From positions 62,001 to 126,000 of IMG/VR virus record IMGVR_UViG_3300009537_002640: DNA of 64,000 nucleotides; one strand, written 5' to 3'. The notes beneath the pieces are model-generated. The model did not search any database, was not told the origin of the DNA, and worked only from the letters and a program-made list of their open reading frames with translations. Positions 1 through 9,649 of this stretch are shown here, piece by piece (within the stretch, counting starts at the first letter, position 1; each line of letters opens with the position of its first letter). Position numbers and translations under genes: made by a program.

Positions 1-93
1 TTTGCGCATCTCAGGATCATTCCTTTGCTCGCGCATCCACTCTACATTGGAAGGGTCTATCTCTTTCAGATATACTTTATCACCAACTATCAT
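1..93 (-). CDS. GNAT/RimJ-RimL family acetyltransferase, N-terminus only (runs off the window)
   Basis: Not in the ORF track. ATG at 93 overlaps the TGA of the upstream gene. It reads MIVGDKVYLKEIDPSNVEWMREQRNDPEMRK, which resembles the start of RimL/PseH-like GNATs. Confidence 0.6.
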   Translation of the reverse strand, partial: MIVGDKVYLKEIDPSNVEWMREQRNDPEMRK

Positions 94-593
94 CAGTTAG
101 TCCTCTTGCTCGTTTTCTTTTTACGAGCGGGCTTCTTAGACGTCTTTTTCTTAGTAGTGGCCTGAGCTATCACCTTATCCTCTTCCGACATAACTATAGC
201 TGGAGCTGTTTGCTCTTGCGGCAAATTCACCACTATAGGAGTTGTGCCCTTGCTTACAACATGAGTATCTTTATTGTCTTCATCTGAACCATATGCGGAA
301 GATGGGTCATTAACAAACTCTATCACTATGCACTCAGTCTCGGCCTCTACTTGATGCATAAAACCTGGAGGAATTGATAGAGATGTTCCTGGTTCAAAAG
401 GAATGCCCTTTATCTGCCCATTCTTAATTACTCTAATGGTAGCTTTTCCGCCCAGAAGATAAAGCACTTTCGTTAGCCTGGTATGAAACACCATGTCGGT
501 TTTCTTACCTGCTTCTATCTTGTGTACGGCACCACCAACATTACGTGCCTTGTCCCAGACAACTGCCCTGGAACCATAACCTATCTCTGACAT
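93..593 (-). CDS. Cupin-domain protein with Lys-rich C-terminal tail
   Basis: Cupin-like motifs MVFHTRLTKVLYLLGG and PGTSLSIPPGFMHQVEA; C-terminus KKKTSKKPARKKKTSKRTN. Confidence 0.65.
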   Translation of the reverse strand: MSEIGYGSRAVVWDKARNVGGAVHKIEAGKKTDMVFHTRLTKVLYLLGGKATIRVIKNGQIKGIPFEPGTSLSIPPGFMHQVEAETECIVIEFVNDPSSAYGSDEDNKDTHVVSKGTTPIVVNLPQEQTAPAIVMSEEDKVIAQATTKKKTSKKPARKKKTSKRTN

Positions 594-603
594 TGTTTTC
601 TCC

Positions 604-1434
604 TTAATATTTTCTTAGCTTCTCTATGATGGGCTGTTCACTTACATACACAGTCTTAATCCCATCACCCAATATAGTCTCAACCTCACGAGCATCACGG
701 CACAACTTACGTAAACCGGTTGGCTCCAATGATGCTGCCTGGTCACTACCATACATTGTACGGTCTAAAGTAATGTGTCGTTCAACTACGGCTGCACCTA
801 GAGATACAGCGAGCAAAGTTGGTAATAGTCCCTTTTCATGCCCGCTGAAGCCGACGCCCTTTGAATCTGGGTATCTTTCGGTGAGAGTCTTAACAACACG
901 AATATTAGACTCCCTGATGTCGGTTGGGTATGTAGAAGTGCAATGCATAACTGTAAAAGGACACTTGTGCTTCCTAAATATTTCTACTGCATGGTCAACC
1001 TGTTCTAGGGTACTCATACCCGTAGATATATAGGTGTGCTTTCCTTCTTGAGCTACAGTCTCTAATAGCTCATCGTATGTCAAGAGCGCTGAAGCAATCT
1101 TATTAAACTCTAGGTCATACTGCTGTAAGAACTTCTGGCTTTCTAAATCCCAGGCGGATGCGCTCCATGCTATACCTTTCTCTTTACAGTATCTATCTAT
1201 CTCGTCGTATTCTTCTTTGCCAAACTCTAAGCCTTCTTTCTGCTGCCTGTTGATTGTTCCCCAAGGCGATTCGCGAGACTTATCTAGCTCTTCCTTTGTA
1301 TACACTAAATCAATAGTGCGCTTTTGAAACTTAACAGCATCACATCCTGCATCTACTGCCAGGTCGATTAGCTTCTTGGCAATTCCCAAGTCACCATTGT
1401 GATTAATGCCTATCTCGGCTATAATATAAACCAT
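604..1434 (-). CDS. neuB: N-acetylneuraminate/nonulosonate synthase (NeuB family), short form without AFP-like domain
   Basis: IIAEIGINHNGD, DAVKFQKR, KIASA, ISTGM, MHCTSTYP, GFSGHE, VERHITLDR..GSDQAASLEP. Confidence 0.93.
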   Translation of the reverse strand: MVYIIAEIGINHNGDLGIAKKLIDLAVDAGCDAVKFQKRTIDLVYTKEELDKSRESPWGTINRQQKEGLEFGKEEYDEIDRYCKEKGIAWSASAWDLESQKFLQQYDLEFNKIASALLTYDELLETVAQEGKHTYISTGMSTLEQVDHAVEIFRKHKCPFTVMHCTSTYPTDIRESNIRVVKTLTERYPDSKGVGFSGHEKGLLPTLLAVSLGAAVVERHITLDRTMYGSDQAASLEPTGLRKLCRDAREVETILGDGIKTVYVSEQPIIEKLRKY

Positions 1435-1438
1435 AACT

Positions 1439-2320
1439 TTACCCCTTATTACAAACTAAAAAGATTGTATCGTGTTTTCTAATGGTTTTAAGAAATGCGG
1501 AATACGCCGCGTTCATAAAACTCAAGCTCTTAAATTTACCTGGCTTACCTCTTAGCAGCCAATACAAATGATTATCGAATGAATATCTCTGTAACCTTAT
1601 TTCTTTCTCTACTAAAAACCTCTCATTGTTTAGTAATTTGGTCAGCGATTTTGGTGTGAAGTATGAACAATGGGCGTTCTGAAAATAGAAGCTCTTGTAC
1701 TTCTCTAGCCCCACCAAGGCGTCATTGAGATTTGGAACCTCCACTATCAGACGACCATTATGACCTAACACATCATAAATATGATGCAAGAAAGGGGCTG
1801 GCTCAGGAATATGCTCTAATACATGAAAGAGGGTTACTGTATCTACCTCTTCCTTCCAATCAGAAATATTGCATAGCCTAACGTCCAGTCCTCTTTCTTG
1901 TGCGCTTCTAACTCGTGCCTCGCTAATATCTACGCCTATAGCTCCATCAATCAAACCAACAAAGTTAGAATAACCAGTGCCAACATCTAAAAGCTTGAGG
2001 TTTGGGTGTACATATTTATTCACAAGCTTTGCTCTTCTTTTATCATCTCTGGAGATTTTGGCTTGGTATTTTACGCCTGTTTCACCAGCAATAGAGGTAA
2101 CAAACTTCTTTTGCTGGTCATTATCATAAAATCTTTTGTACTCCTCATCAGTCATGACGGGGTTCAAATACACCAAATCACACTGAATACATTGCTCTAC
2201 AAGCGGGGATGGAAATGTTCCAAGGTCCTGATATTCACGAACATACATGTGTCCTCGTCTACCAAACGAATGCGTAACATCAGACTTGCATATAGGACAA
2301 TCTCTTTCTATAACTTCCAT
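1439..2320 (-). CDS. Class I SAM-dependent methyltransferase with N-terminal CxxC..CxxC
   Basis: CPIC..CIQC, LLDVGTGYS, TLFHVLEHIPEP, LIVEVPN; this form is typical of glycan-cluster methyltransferases. Confidence 0.85.
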   Translation of the reverse strand: MEVIERDCPICKSDVTHSFGRRGHMYVREYQDLGTFPSPLVEQCIQCDLVYLNPVMTDEEYKRFYDNDQQKKFVTSIAGETGVKYQAKISRDDKRRAKLVNKYVHPNLKLLDVGTGYSNFVGLIDGAIGVDISEARVRSAQERGLDVRLCNISDWKEEVDTVTLFHVLEHIPEPAPFLHHIYDVLGHNGRLIVEVPNLNDALVGLEKYKSFYFQNAHCSYFTPKSLTKLLNNERFLVEKEIRLQRYSFDNHLYWLLRGKPGKFKSLSFMNAAYSAFLKTIRKHDTIFLVCNKG

Positions 2321-3480
2321 TATAGTTCCGCTATCACTTGATCTATAAATGTATCCTTGATTATCTCTAGCTGAGTTTTCTTGGCATCCATATTTGATTT
2401 GTAGGTTGCCAGATTATTTACAACTTCATCAATTGTATTTCTTAGGTCGGCTATATCTCCCTCGGTATCCTTATTTAGTGGGATAATCAAATTACCAAGG
2501 TCTACATCTTCTAGAAACCACTTTACCTTATTATGTTCGCCTATACCAATGGGCGGAGTGTTTTGCCCAAAAGCAATAATATTAGCATGTCCTCGCATAC
2601 CTATCACCAAGTCCATTTGATTATATATGTCTACGAACAGTCCTGCCTTGTAATCAAAGGGTGGATATAGCTCCTCAGCCATACAATCAGATACTACATA
2701 GCCATCGCTACCTAAAACGCTAGTAAATAAATCCCTCATATCTTCTTTGTCGAGCTTATTAGATTCATTGGGCATTAGGTGTTCAATCAAATACACATAA
2801 GCATTATGTTCCTGTGCTTTTTCTTTTAGCACATTGAGAGTGGTATCCAGTTTGGTCTTCGCCAAATTACTATCATTGCTCAAATCAAATCTTTGGTTCC
2901 ACCTATCTGTTGCCCAATTGAACCCTATCTTGAGCCTGTTATTATCTAAACAGCTATGAGTATAGGGATAAGCCTCCGCAAATACCGCTGCATCAGGCAC
3001 TACGGTTACATTGGTCATATCAACACCGAAGGATTCCATGGTTTCATAAGTGCCCATATTGCGCACAGAAAATGCTACGGAGTTGTTCACTACTTCTTTT
3101 ACACTATCCCACATAGACTGCGGGAAGCCCACTTGGTCATGCGGAAATTCATTATAGCCTATTCCATATACGGCTATAGGCACTGTGATACTAGCTATAT
3201 TCTCTGTGTCAATGTTGAATTGCCAACCAGAGTGACTGTTGTCTTGTGGGCGATGAAAAATAAAACCGCCGCCGCCCAGCAATAACATATCGGCCTCTGC
3301 ATTCAACTTAGCAATTATTTGAGGAGAAAAGTAAGTGTTCTGATTATCCACATATACAAAACGCAACTCTGTCCCAGCTGGTGCTCGGTCACGCATTATT
3401 TTAGTGGTGGCTATCTGTAAAGCTCTGTCGCCATAGTTGTTTGACCAGCCGCCTACATGCCATATTGTCTTAACTGTCAT
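2320..3480 (-). CDS. Polysaccharide pyruvyl transferase family protein
   Basis: NNYGD, LLLGGGG, YGIGY, FSVRN, VVPDAA, VIGMRGHANIIA. Confidence 0.85.
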   Translation of the reverse strand: MTVKTIWHVGGWSNNYGDRALQIATTKIMRDRAPAGTELRFVYVDNQNTYFSPQIIAKLNAEADMLLLGGGGFIFHRPQDNSHSGWQFNIDTENIASITVPIAVYGIGYNEFPHDQVGFPQSMWDSVKEVVNNSVAFSVRNMGTYETMESFGVDMTNVTVVPDAAVFAEAYPYTHSCLDNNRLKIGFNWATDRWNQRFDLSNDSNLAKTKLDTTLNVLKEKAQEHNAYVYLIEHLMPNESNKLDKEDMRDLFTSVLGSDGYVVSDCMAEELYPPFDYKAGLFVDIYNQMDLVIGMRGHANIIAFGQNTPPIGIGEHNKVKWFLEDVDLGNLIIPLNKDTEGDIADLRNTIDEVVNNLATYKSNMDAKKTQLEIIKDTFIDQVIAEL

Positions 3481-4156
3481 GAATTAAAGCCTCCGCCATT
3501 GTCCAGTCTGCAGAATCATTAATGTCTACAGAAAAGTTTTTACCCATCCTGTAAGCATATACCTTTCCTTGATGAAAGCTGTTTGTCTTCTTCAAATGTT
3601 CTGCAGTAGAAACAAAAATAGAACCATTTACTACAAATAATGGTTTCTTTATATCCTGTCTTTGTACCTCAAAATTATCAACCCTAACAATAGTTTGCAT
3701 GACGCCCTCTTCATCTATCCATCGTAAACTACTGATTGGCTTATCAAACCTAGACACACTGATAACAGAATCACAGTCCTTCCTGTCTAAAAGCGTAAAA
3801 GCTGCATCAATATCTAGGTTGGTTCTCAGTGGAGATGTAGCCAATAGCATAGCTACACTCCCTATTATTATACCCTGTTCTTCGTAAAAGTTTAAGCACT
3901 CCAATACAGCGTGGACTGCATGAACATCATCTTGGGCATTCTCTTGAGAGCGCCAATGAATCTCTGCGCCATATTGCTTTGCCACTTCGGCAATCTCAGC
4001 ATCCTCTGTAGACACCACAACCCTATCAACTGTGCGCGCCGTGAGAGCAGACTGAATACTATATGCCACCAAGGGCTTCCCTGCCAACTCTTTAATGTTC
4101 TTTCGCTCGATGGCCTTAGAACCACCACGAGCAGGTATTACACACATGTTTATCAT
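3470..4156 (-). CDS. neuA: Acylneuraminate cytidylyltransferase (CMP-nonulosonate synthetase)
   Basis: VIPARGGSKAIERKNI, VVVSTED, LLATSPLR, NGSIF, SVDINDSADW. Confidence 0.92.
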   Translation of the reverse strand: MINMCVIPARGGSKAIERKNIKELAGKPLVAYSIQSALTARTVDRVVVSTEDAEIAEVAKQYGAEIHWRSQENAQDDVHAVHAVLECLNFYEEQGIIIGSVAMLLATSPLRTNLDIDAAFTLLDRKDCDSVISVSRFDKPISSLRWIDEEGVMQTIVRVDNFEVQRQDIKKPLFVVNGSIFVSTAEHLKKTNSFHQGKVYAYRMGKNFSVDINDSADWTMAEALIHDS

Positions 4157-4569
4157 GCATCTTTGTCCTCTGGCCCTACTGAGCCTGGCCCTCTCCTAGG
4201 ACTCTCGTAATCTTTCAAGAAGTCTCTAAGGTCTTTCGCACTGCTACCGTCCTCTCTAAGCCTGAAGCCCCTATCATCCACATATATATCTCCTAATATT
4301 TTGCCCAAGTGTAGCTCGTGAAACTTAACTCCCCAGCCCTCTAGTTGTGATTTAGTAAGACAGTACCAATCCTTGTAGGCTAAAGCTCTATTACCATTGT
4401 GCTTACCCATACCTCGTGCTGTGTGAAATATTATGTAATGCCCCGCATCGTACATTTCATTTATCACTGCTATCATGTCTTCATAAGGATATGCATCCTC
4501 ATAATGTCCGTTTGTGTTATTGCAAATAGTTCCGTCGATGTCGAACACTAAACGCCACTTTTGATTCAT
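4153..4569 (-). CDS. Small HAD-family phosphatase (capsule-biosynthesis EcbF-like)
   Basis: FDIDGTIC (motif I), HTARG (II), GK (III), DIYVDD (IV). Confidence 0.85.
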   Translation of the reverse strand: MNQKWRLVFDIDGTICNNTNGHYEDAYPYEDMIAVINEMYDAGHYIIFHTARGMGKHNGNRALAYKDWYCLTKSQLEGWGVKFHELHLGKILGDIYVDDRGFRLREDGSSAKDLRDFLKDYESPRRGPGSVGPEDKDA

Positions 4570-5324
4570 TATCTACTCCTCATAAAATCATCGATATCTA
4601 AACCGATAGCTTTCTTTATCAAACCATGACTAAAATCATAGACCACTATTCCTGCATCAGTAAACTTGGTGTTAATCATTTTGTCTATATACTCTGCACT
4701 TTCTTGAAAAAACTTTGTTGTCTTATATTCTTTACCCTCGTGTGTAATTGTTATGACTGGGCTTCTATTTGCCAGCTTAGTCGTACTTTTGCGATAATGG
4801 CTATCTGGATAATAATGATCAAACTCATCCTTGAACATTAAGTCCGCACCTATGAGATATATTTTCTTTGAACCTATCATTGCGGCAAAATGCATAGCGT
4901 TTAGTGTTACCGTTCCTACCGATAAACCCTTGTGTCCTCTCGGGCCTATAAGAAACCCCTCGTGTTCTTTATGTTTGTATTTACGAATATTAGGCAGCCC
5001 ATCGAAATAAGAACGAGTCGCAGGAACAGCATTAATGTCCTTGGGGAATTTGTTCAAACTTTTGTTATTCAGTATACGAGGCAGGTCTTTTCTATAGGGC
5101 TCTTTCTTCATAGACTCATAGGATTTAATAGGATTCTTCTCCAGTATCATATGATAATCTAACTGCTCTTCGAAATCCTTGGTGGAAAAGTTCAATCCCA
5201 CAATAACATCAAACTTACCCCGCAACTGGTCTTTATACGGAACTAGGGTTTTAGTTGAATGACCCGTACCTATTATAAGCACAGAACTACCAGGGTGTTT
5301 GTTTTCAAAATCACTTGGTGTCAT
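4569..5324 (-). CDS. DUF115/Maf-like (GT-A variant) putative nonulosonate transferase
   Basis: VLIIGTGHS, IVGLN, TVTLNAMHFAAMIGSKKIYLIGADL..HYY; this pattern is seen in DUF115/Maf and CstII-like folds. Confidence 0.65.
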   Translation of the reverse strand: MTPSDFENKHPGSSVLIIGTGHSTKTLVPYKDQLRGKFDVIVGLNFSTKDFEEQLDYHMILEKNPIKSYESMKKEPYRKDLPRILNNKSLNKFPKDINAVPATRSYFDGLPNIRKYKHKEHEGFLIGPRGHKGLSVGTVTLNAMHFAAMIGSKKIYLIGADLMFKDEFDHYYPDSHYRKSTTKLANRSPVITITHEGKEYKTTKFFQESAEYIDKMINTKFTDAGIVVYDFSHGLIKKAIGLDIDDFMRSR

Positions 5325-6445
5325 ATTTGTGAAATCCTATTTTGTATTCGTTTATGAGCCTGTCCATCAAATGTTATACCCATCTTGTCTAACAAGGCTT
5401 TCTGTTTCTCTGGCTCATGATATCTTCCATATCTCAGACAATCCCTTAGCTTCTGGTCAAGGTCTTTTAAATCAGTTATCTCTACTGCCGCACCTGACTT
5501 CACAGTATCGTAGGGGTCGTATCCGTGCTGGCTATTCTCTTTGGTGCGCACAACAAACAAAGGCTTGCCCATAGCACATGCCTCTATCTCTACTGTCGAA
5601 CAACCATTCACTACAAAGATGTCAGCAAAGTAATAATCCAGCACATGATTTTGTCTTGGCCCGATATAACTCACTCTGGTCTTCTCGTATGTCTTTCTGT
5701 ACTTGTCTCGTAGTTCTGGTAGTCCGTGCTTTTTGAAATAGCCCATTAGCTTTTCTTTTTCCTGCCTAGGTTTCACATATAACAAAAACCTTTCGCTATG
5801 TGCCAACCTACTTAATTCAACAGTGGTCTTAAAATAATCTTCGTTGTGATTTACGAAATCTATTCTATCCTTGCAGCAGAATCCGAAGAAGGCAACAACC
5901 TTTGCTTCTGGATTTTCTTTGTATGCTGTGGGGAAATCTACTGGTAATCTTTCTTTCCTATTATGCTCTACGCCATTGTAAAGTATGTCTAGTTGGGGCA
6001 AAGCATTCAGTAGTATCTTATCCTCGCCAACTTTAGCCACATGAGTTATCCAATCTGTAAATACATCATCCCAGGCACCACAATAAAGGTCGCAGCCCTT
6101 CCACACTTCGGTCCTAAACGCTGCTGGCTTAATCAAACCCTTCACATGATTTCCTACTAACCCATGACTAACGTAGACCTTCTTACAACCAGCAGGCAGT
6201 CTAACTCCCTCTGCACATGGCAAGGATGCCTGAACATACACATCTGGCTGAAACTCATCCACACACTGTTGTAGCTCTTTGCTATTGGCATAATACTTTA
6301 GTGTATCGATTCCAAAGTTATCAGCATCTCCGGGCTCTGGTTTTCCTGGCAACACCATGCGCTGTTTCATTTCCAAGCTCATGGGAAATGCCTGAAAAGC
6401 CCTCTTGTGTGCTGGGGATGTTGCTACATACAGTACTCGTTTCAT
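5321..6445 (-). CDS. GT-B fold protein, CDP-glycerol glycerophosphotransferase/sialyltransferase-like
   Basis: YVSHG, ALPQLD, YVKPR, ADIFVVNGCSTVEIEACAMGKPLF, FDGQAHKRI. Confidence 0.65.
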   Translation of the reverse strand: MKRVLYVATSPAHKRAFQAFPMSLEMKQRMVLPGKPEPGDADNFGIDTLKYYANSKELQQCVDEFQPDVYVQASLPCAEGVRLPAGCKKVYVSHGLVGNHVKGLIKPAAFRTEVWKGCDLYCGAWDDVFTDWITHVAKVGEDKILLNALPQLDILYNGVEHNRKERLPVDFPTAYKENPEAKVVAFFGFCCKDRIDFVNHNEDYFKTTVELSRLAHSERFLLYVKPRQEKEKLMGYFKKHGLPELRDKYRKTYEKTRVSYIGPRQNHVLDYYFADIFVVNGCSTVEIEACAMGKPLFVVRTKENSQHGYDPYDTVKSGAAVEITDLKDLDQKLRDCLRYGRYHEPEKQKALLDKMGITFDGQAHKRIQNRISQI

Positions 6446-7515
6446 AGTTCGTTTTTAATCGCCTCACAGATTCTCTTGCACGCTTGATCGTCTACCTTGT
6501 AAAAGTACTTCTCTATAAGCCAATCCATGCTGCCTAATGCCAGATTGCCACTCAAGAGTTTGTGCAAATCATTAGCATCATAAGCAGTAGGCATTTCATT
6601 TTTAAACTCTGGAAGTCCCTGCAATTCTTGAGATTTTCCAAACAAAACAAAGATAGATGGCTTCTTGAGAACGGCGGCTTCTAGCATCATAGTGCTAGCG
6701 AAACCTACTACTATATCCGAAAAAATTAGCAGTTCTTTAGATTCCCGCCCAGAATTCCTTATATCTCCAATGACCTTTAAATAACTCTTAGGCTTCTTGT
6801 AATGGCTTTCCAACAGCCCAGAAACTTCTTTCCCGCTACCTATTTTCTTCCTATAGCACTTAAAGGACATTGGGTGAATCTTAATGACCACCTGATAATC
6901 TCTATTGTGCCTAGCAAACTCTTCTAGAGCCCGTATAGTTTCCTCTCGCTCTGGAAATAGGTCTATCTTAATATCTACGCCATTCTCCTTCATGTAACAA
7001 TATGGTGGGTATGACGGAAAGAAAATAGTCTTCTTGTTAGGGTCTAATCCGAACTTCTTTGCTATGGCCTCTCTACTTGCCCAATTCTTCCTATCTACAT
7101 AATAATCCCATCGAGGGTAGCCAGTAATTACTGTTTTTGTTTTGTCCTTCCATAGTTCAGCATATGCAGGGCTTGGAGCTAATACCACATCTGGCGTGAA
7201 ATAGTACTCGTTATTGAAGAAGAATTTTTCCTGAGAGAACATAGCTTCCTTTAGAATATCTGTTTTCAGAGGCTCTCTTGGCATCAGAAAAACCTTAAGC
7301 CCCTTGTCTCTTAGGTACTGAAGTGTTTTCCTAATAGGAATCTCCCAGACCTCGGAGGCTATGACAAACTCATAATCAGGCTTTACCCCTTGTCTTGGAA
7401 TATGAAATGCATCTGGATGTAAGTCTATACGTAAACCAAACTTTTCAGGGCTCCAGAGTGACGAAGACTGAAAATCTATCTGCCAGGTTCTGGGGTCTAA
7501 GAATAATCCCTTCAT
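6442..7515 (-). CDS. GT-B fold surface-carbohydrate transferase (sialyltransferase/TagF-like)
   Basis: ITGYPRWD, IKIHP, SDIVVGFASTMMLEAAVLKKP, DDQACKRI. Confidence 0.7.
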   Translation of the reverse strand: MKGLFLDPRTWQIDFQSSSLWSPEKFGLRIDLHPDAFHIPRQGVKPDYEFVIASEVWEIPIRKTLQYLRDKGLKVFLMPREPLKTDILKEAMFSQEKFFFNNEYYFTPDVVLAPSPAYAELWKDKTKTVITGYPRWDYYVDRKNWASREAIAKKFGLDPNKKTIFFPSYPPYCYMKENGVDIKIDLFPEREETIRALEEFARHNRDYQVVIKIHPMSFKCYRKKIGSGKEVSGLLESHYKKPKSYLKVIGDIRNSGRESKELLIFSDIVVGFASTMMLEAAVLKKPSIFVLFGKSQELQGLPEFKNEMPTAYDANDLHKLLSGNLALGSMDWLIEKYFYKVDDQACKRICEAIKNEL

Positions 7516-8342
7516 ACAAATGAACCTTCTCCCTCTGGATAAAACTTCACCAGTGGCACATATTCTTTCATAAAGGCTATTTCTGCCTCGTTGTATTTCT
7601 TAGTATAGGTGCGAGTAGTTGTATTAAATATAGTGGCGTCAGTCTCCTGTATGCCATCAAAACTTACAGTCACCACCAACTGCCCATCAAACTCTGGATG
7701 CTTCTCCACAAACTCATTCACTATCTGCCTTAGCTTCATAGCCTTTTGAATGGGGGTCTTTTCGTCAAACTGATGGCCAACCTTATCGGTGATATCCTTA
7801 GCTGGAGAGCCACCATACACATGATTAGGCTCCATATCCTTTGTGATAACTGAGCCCACTAATGCCATACTCTTCTCACCAATCTTAACAGGAGAAACTA
7901 TACAGTGTCCAACAAGCCAGGCGTCTTTACCTATATACATAGGCTTACGGGAATGCCATCTGGGATTAAGCCCCTCAACTAAATCTCCGAACTGAGCGTG
8001 AGTCCATATTTGACTATGGGCACCTATACCTACGCCGTCATCTATTGTTAAGCCCCCAAGAGAATCTAGCACTGTATTCCCGCCAATCCAACAACACCTG
8101 CCTATCTTCATTGGCAAGGAGCCATGAGCAAATGCAAATGCATGAAGTTTAGAATAGTCTCCGAGCCTAAACTCAGGTACTATAATTCTAGATTCTCTGC
8201 CTATATAGCAGAAATCACCAAGCACAACTTTCTCAGCAGGGCCACCTTTGCCCGTGATTACTACGCCTTCCTCTATAACTACTCCGCGCCCTATCTGTAT
8301 GTCCTTGGCATTTATTTTGCCACGGATATCACTCTCAATCAT
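7512..8342 (-). CDS. Hexapeptide-repeat (left-handed beta-helix) acyltransferase
   Basis: Repeated IG...I hexapeptides, QIWTH, KIGEKSMALVGSVITKD, YGGSPAK. Confidence 0.85.
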   Translation of the reverse strand: MIESDIRGKINAKDIQIGRGVVIEEGVVITGKGGPAEKVVLGDFCYIGRESRIIVPEFRLGDYSKLHAFAFAHGSLPMKIGRCCWIGGNTVLDSLGGLTIDDGVGIGAHSQIWTHAQFGDLVEGLNPRWHSRKPMYIGKDAWLVGHCIVSPVKIGEKSMALVGSVITKDMEPNHVYGGSPAKDITDKVGHQFDEKTPIQKAMKLRQIVNEFVEKHPEFDGQLVVTVSFDGIQETDATIFNTTTRTYTKKYNEAEIAFMKEYVPLVKFYPEGEGSFV

Positions 8343-9637
8343 GTCTTATCTCCAGACATCTCCTTTTTGAAAATGGTCACTGAGCGCTCACCTTCTAGAT
8401 ATTTATCTATAGCGTCTTCTTTTACAGCCTGACCAACAAACTTAAGACTCTCTTTCATAGCATTGATTGTTTGAGTAATGTGTTCTGGTTTATGAGCCCA
8501 AATCACATTTACATTTGTACCCATGAGAATGCCTCGCTTAACCATTTCTTGATGAAACAAATCCTTAACGCCGCCTGGGTCATCAGTCTCGAACTTAGCT
8601 ACTAATCTTGGTCCGATGCCTACCATATGGGCATTGATACCATTCTGCTTGCATAGTTGATTAAATGCCTCTCTAATTGCTGCGCCTTGAGTCCAAAGAT
8701 AAGGATAGATATCATTCTTACCTTCCTTTAGTTCCTTAACAGTCTCTATAGCAGCAGCTATAGAGCAAGCCTCGCCACCAAATGTTGAGGAGAAGAAAAC
8801 ATGGTCTAGCTCTTGCATATACTTCCTCTTGCCCGCAAGAACTGAGATTGGCATCCCATTAGATATCGCCTTACCAAACGTAGCCATATCTGGAACAACC
8901 CCATAGTATTCTTGTGCGCCACCTAATGCCAGCCTAAAACCAGTTATCATTTCATCGAATATTAGAATAGTTTCATACCTGTCACACAGCTCTCTTACGC
9001 CCTCTAAGAATCCTGGCTTAGGAGGGTCTAGAGCAACTGGCTCCATAATAACTGCTGCAAACTTTCCAGTCTTAAGCTTCTCTTCCAAACTGTCCAGATT
9101 GTTATATTCAAATCGTTCTACCAGAGACTTTAGACACTTTGGTAGCCCGTAATCTCTTGGGGTAGCTGCAGCAAAGAAATCTGCCCAACCATGATAATGG
9201 CCTTCTGGACTCAATATATGCTCCTTGCCAGTATGTGCTCTGGCAACACGGACAGCAATAGAAGTCACATCAGAACCATTCTTGCCATACCTAACCTGCT
9301 CAGCACATGGAATTACATCATATAGAAGTTCAGCAAGCTCTACCTCTACAGGGTGCATTAGGGAAAATACGCTGCCTTTCCTAATTTGCTGTTCCACTGC
9401 CTTAACTGTTCTTTTATGCGAGTATCCCAAGATAACAGCACCGAGGCCACATGGATAATCTATATACCAGTTGCCATCTACATCCTTTACCTTACAGCCT
9501 TCACCGCGCTCTAAATAGATTGGATGAACCCCGAAGACATATTGGTCGGGAGCCTTACTCATTGTTTGCGTACCACGAGGCATCAATTCAACTCCTCGCT
9601 TCCACAGTTCTAATGACTTAGTAATTTTTCTTGACAT
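8339..9637 (-). CDS. Class III PLP aminotransferase (glutamate-1-semialdehyde aminomutase-like, glycan-cluster type)
   Basis: DVDGNWYID, ILGY, KNGSD, HYHGW, IFDEMITGFR, PDMATFGKAISNGMP, STFGG. Confidence 0.9.
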   Translation of the reverse strand: MSRKITKSLELWKRGVELMPRGTQTMSKAPDQYVFGVHPIYLERGEGCKVKDVDGNWYIDYPCGLGAVILGYSHKRTVKAVEQQIRKGSVFSLMHPVEVELAELLYDVIPCAEQVRYGKNGSDVTSIAVRVARAHTGKEHILSPEGHYHGWADFFAAATPRDYGLPKCLKSLVERFEYNNLDSLEEKLKTGKFAAVIMEPVALDPPKPGFLEGVRELCDRYETILIFDEMITGFRLALGGAQEYYGVVPDMATFGKAISNGMPISVLAGKRKYMQELDHVFFSSTFGGEACSIAAAIETVKELKEGKNDIYPYLWTQGAAIREAFNQLCKQNGINAHMVGIGPRLVAKFETDDPGGVKDLFHQEMVKRGILMGTNVNVIWAHKPEHITQTINAMKESLKFVGQAVKEDAIDKYLEGERSVTIFKKEMSGDKT

Positions 9638-9649
9638 GTTAAACTCCTC

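Noticed and set aside
8339-9637. hemL (tetrapyrrole synthesis)
   Set aside because: No other hem genes are present, and this class III subtype commonly accompanies SpsF/NeuB in glycan clusters.
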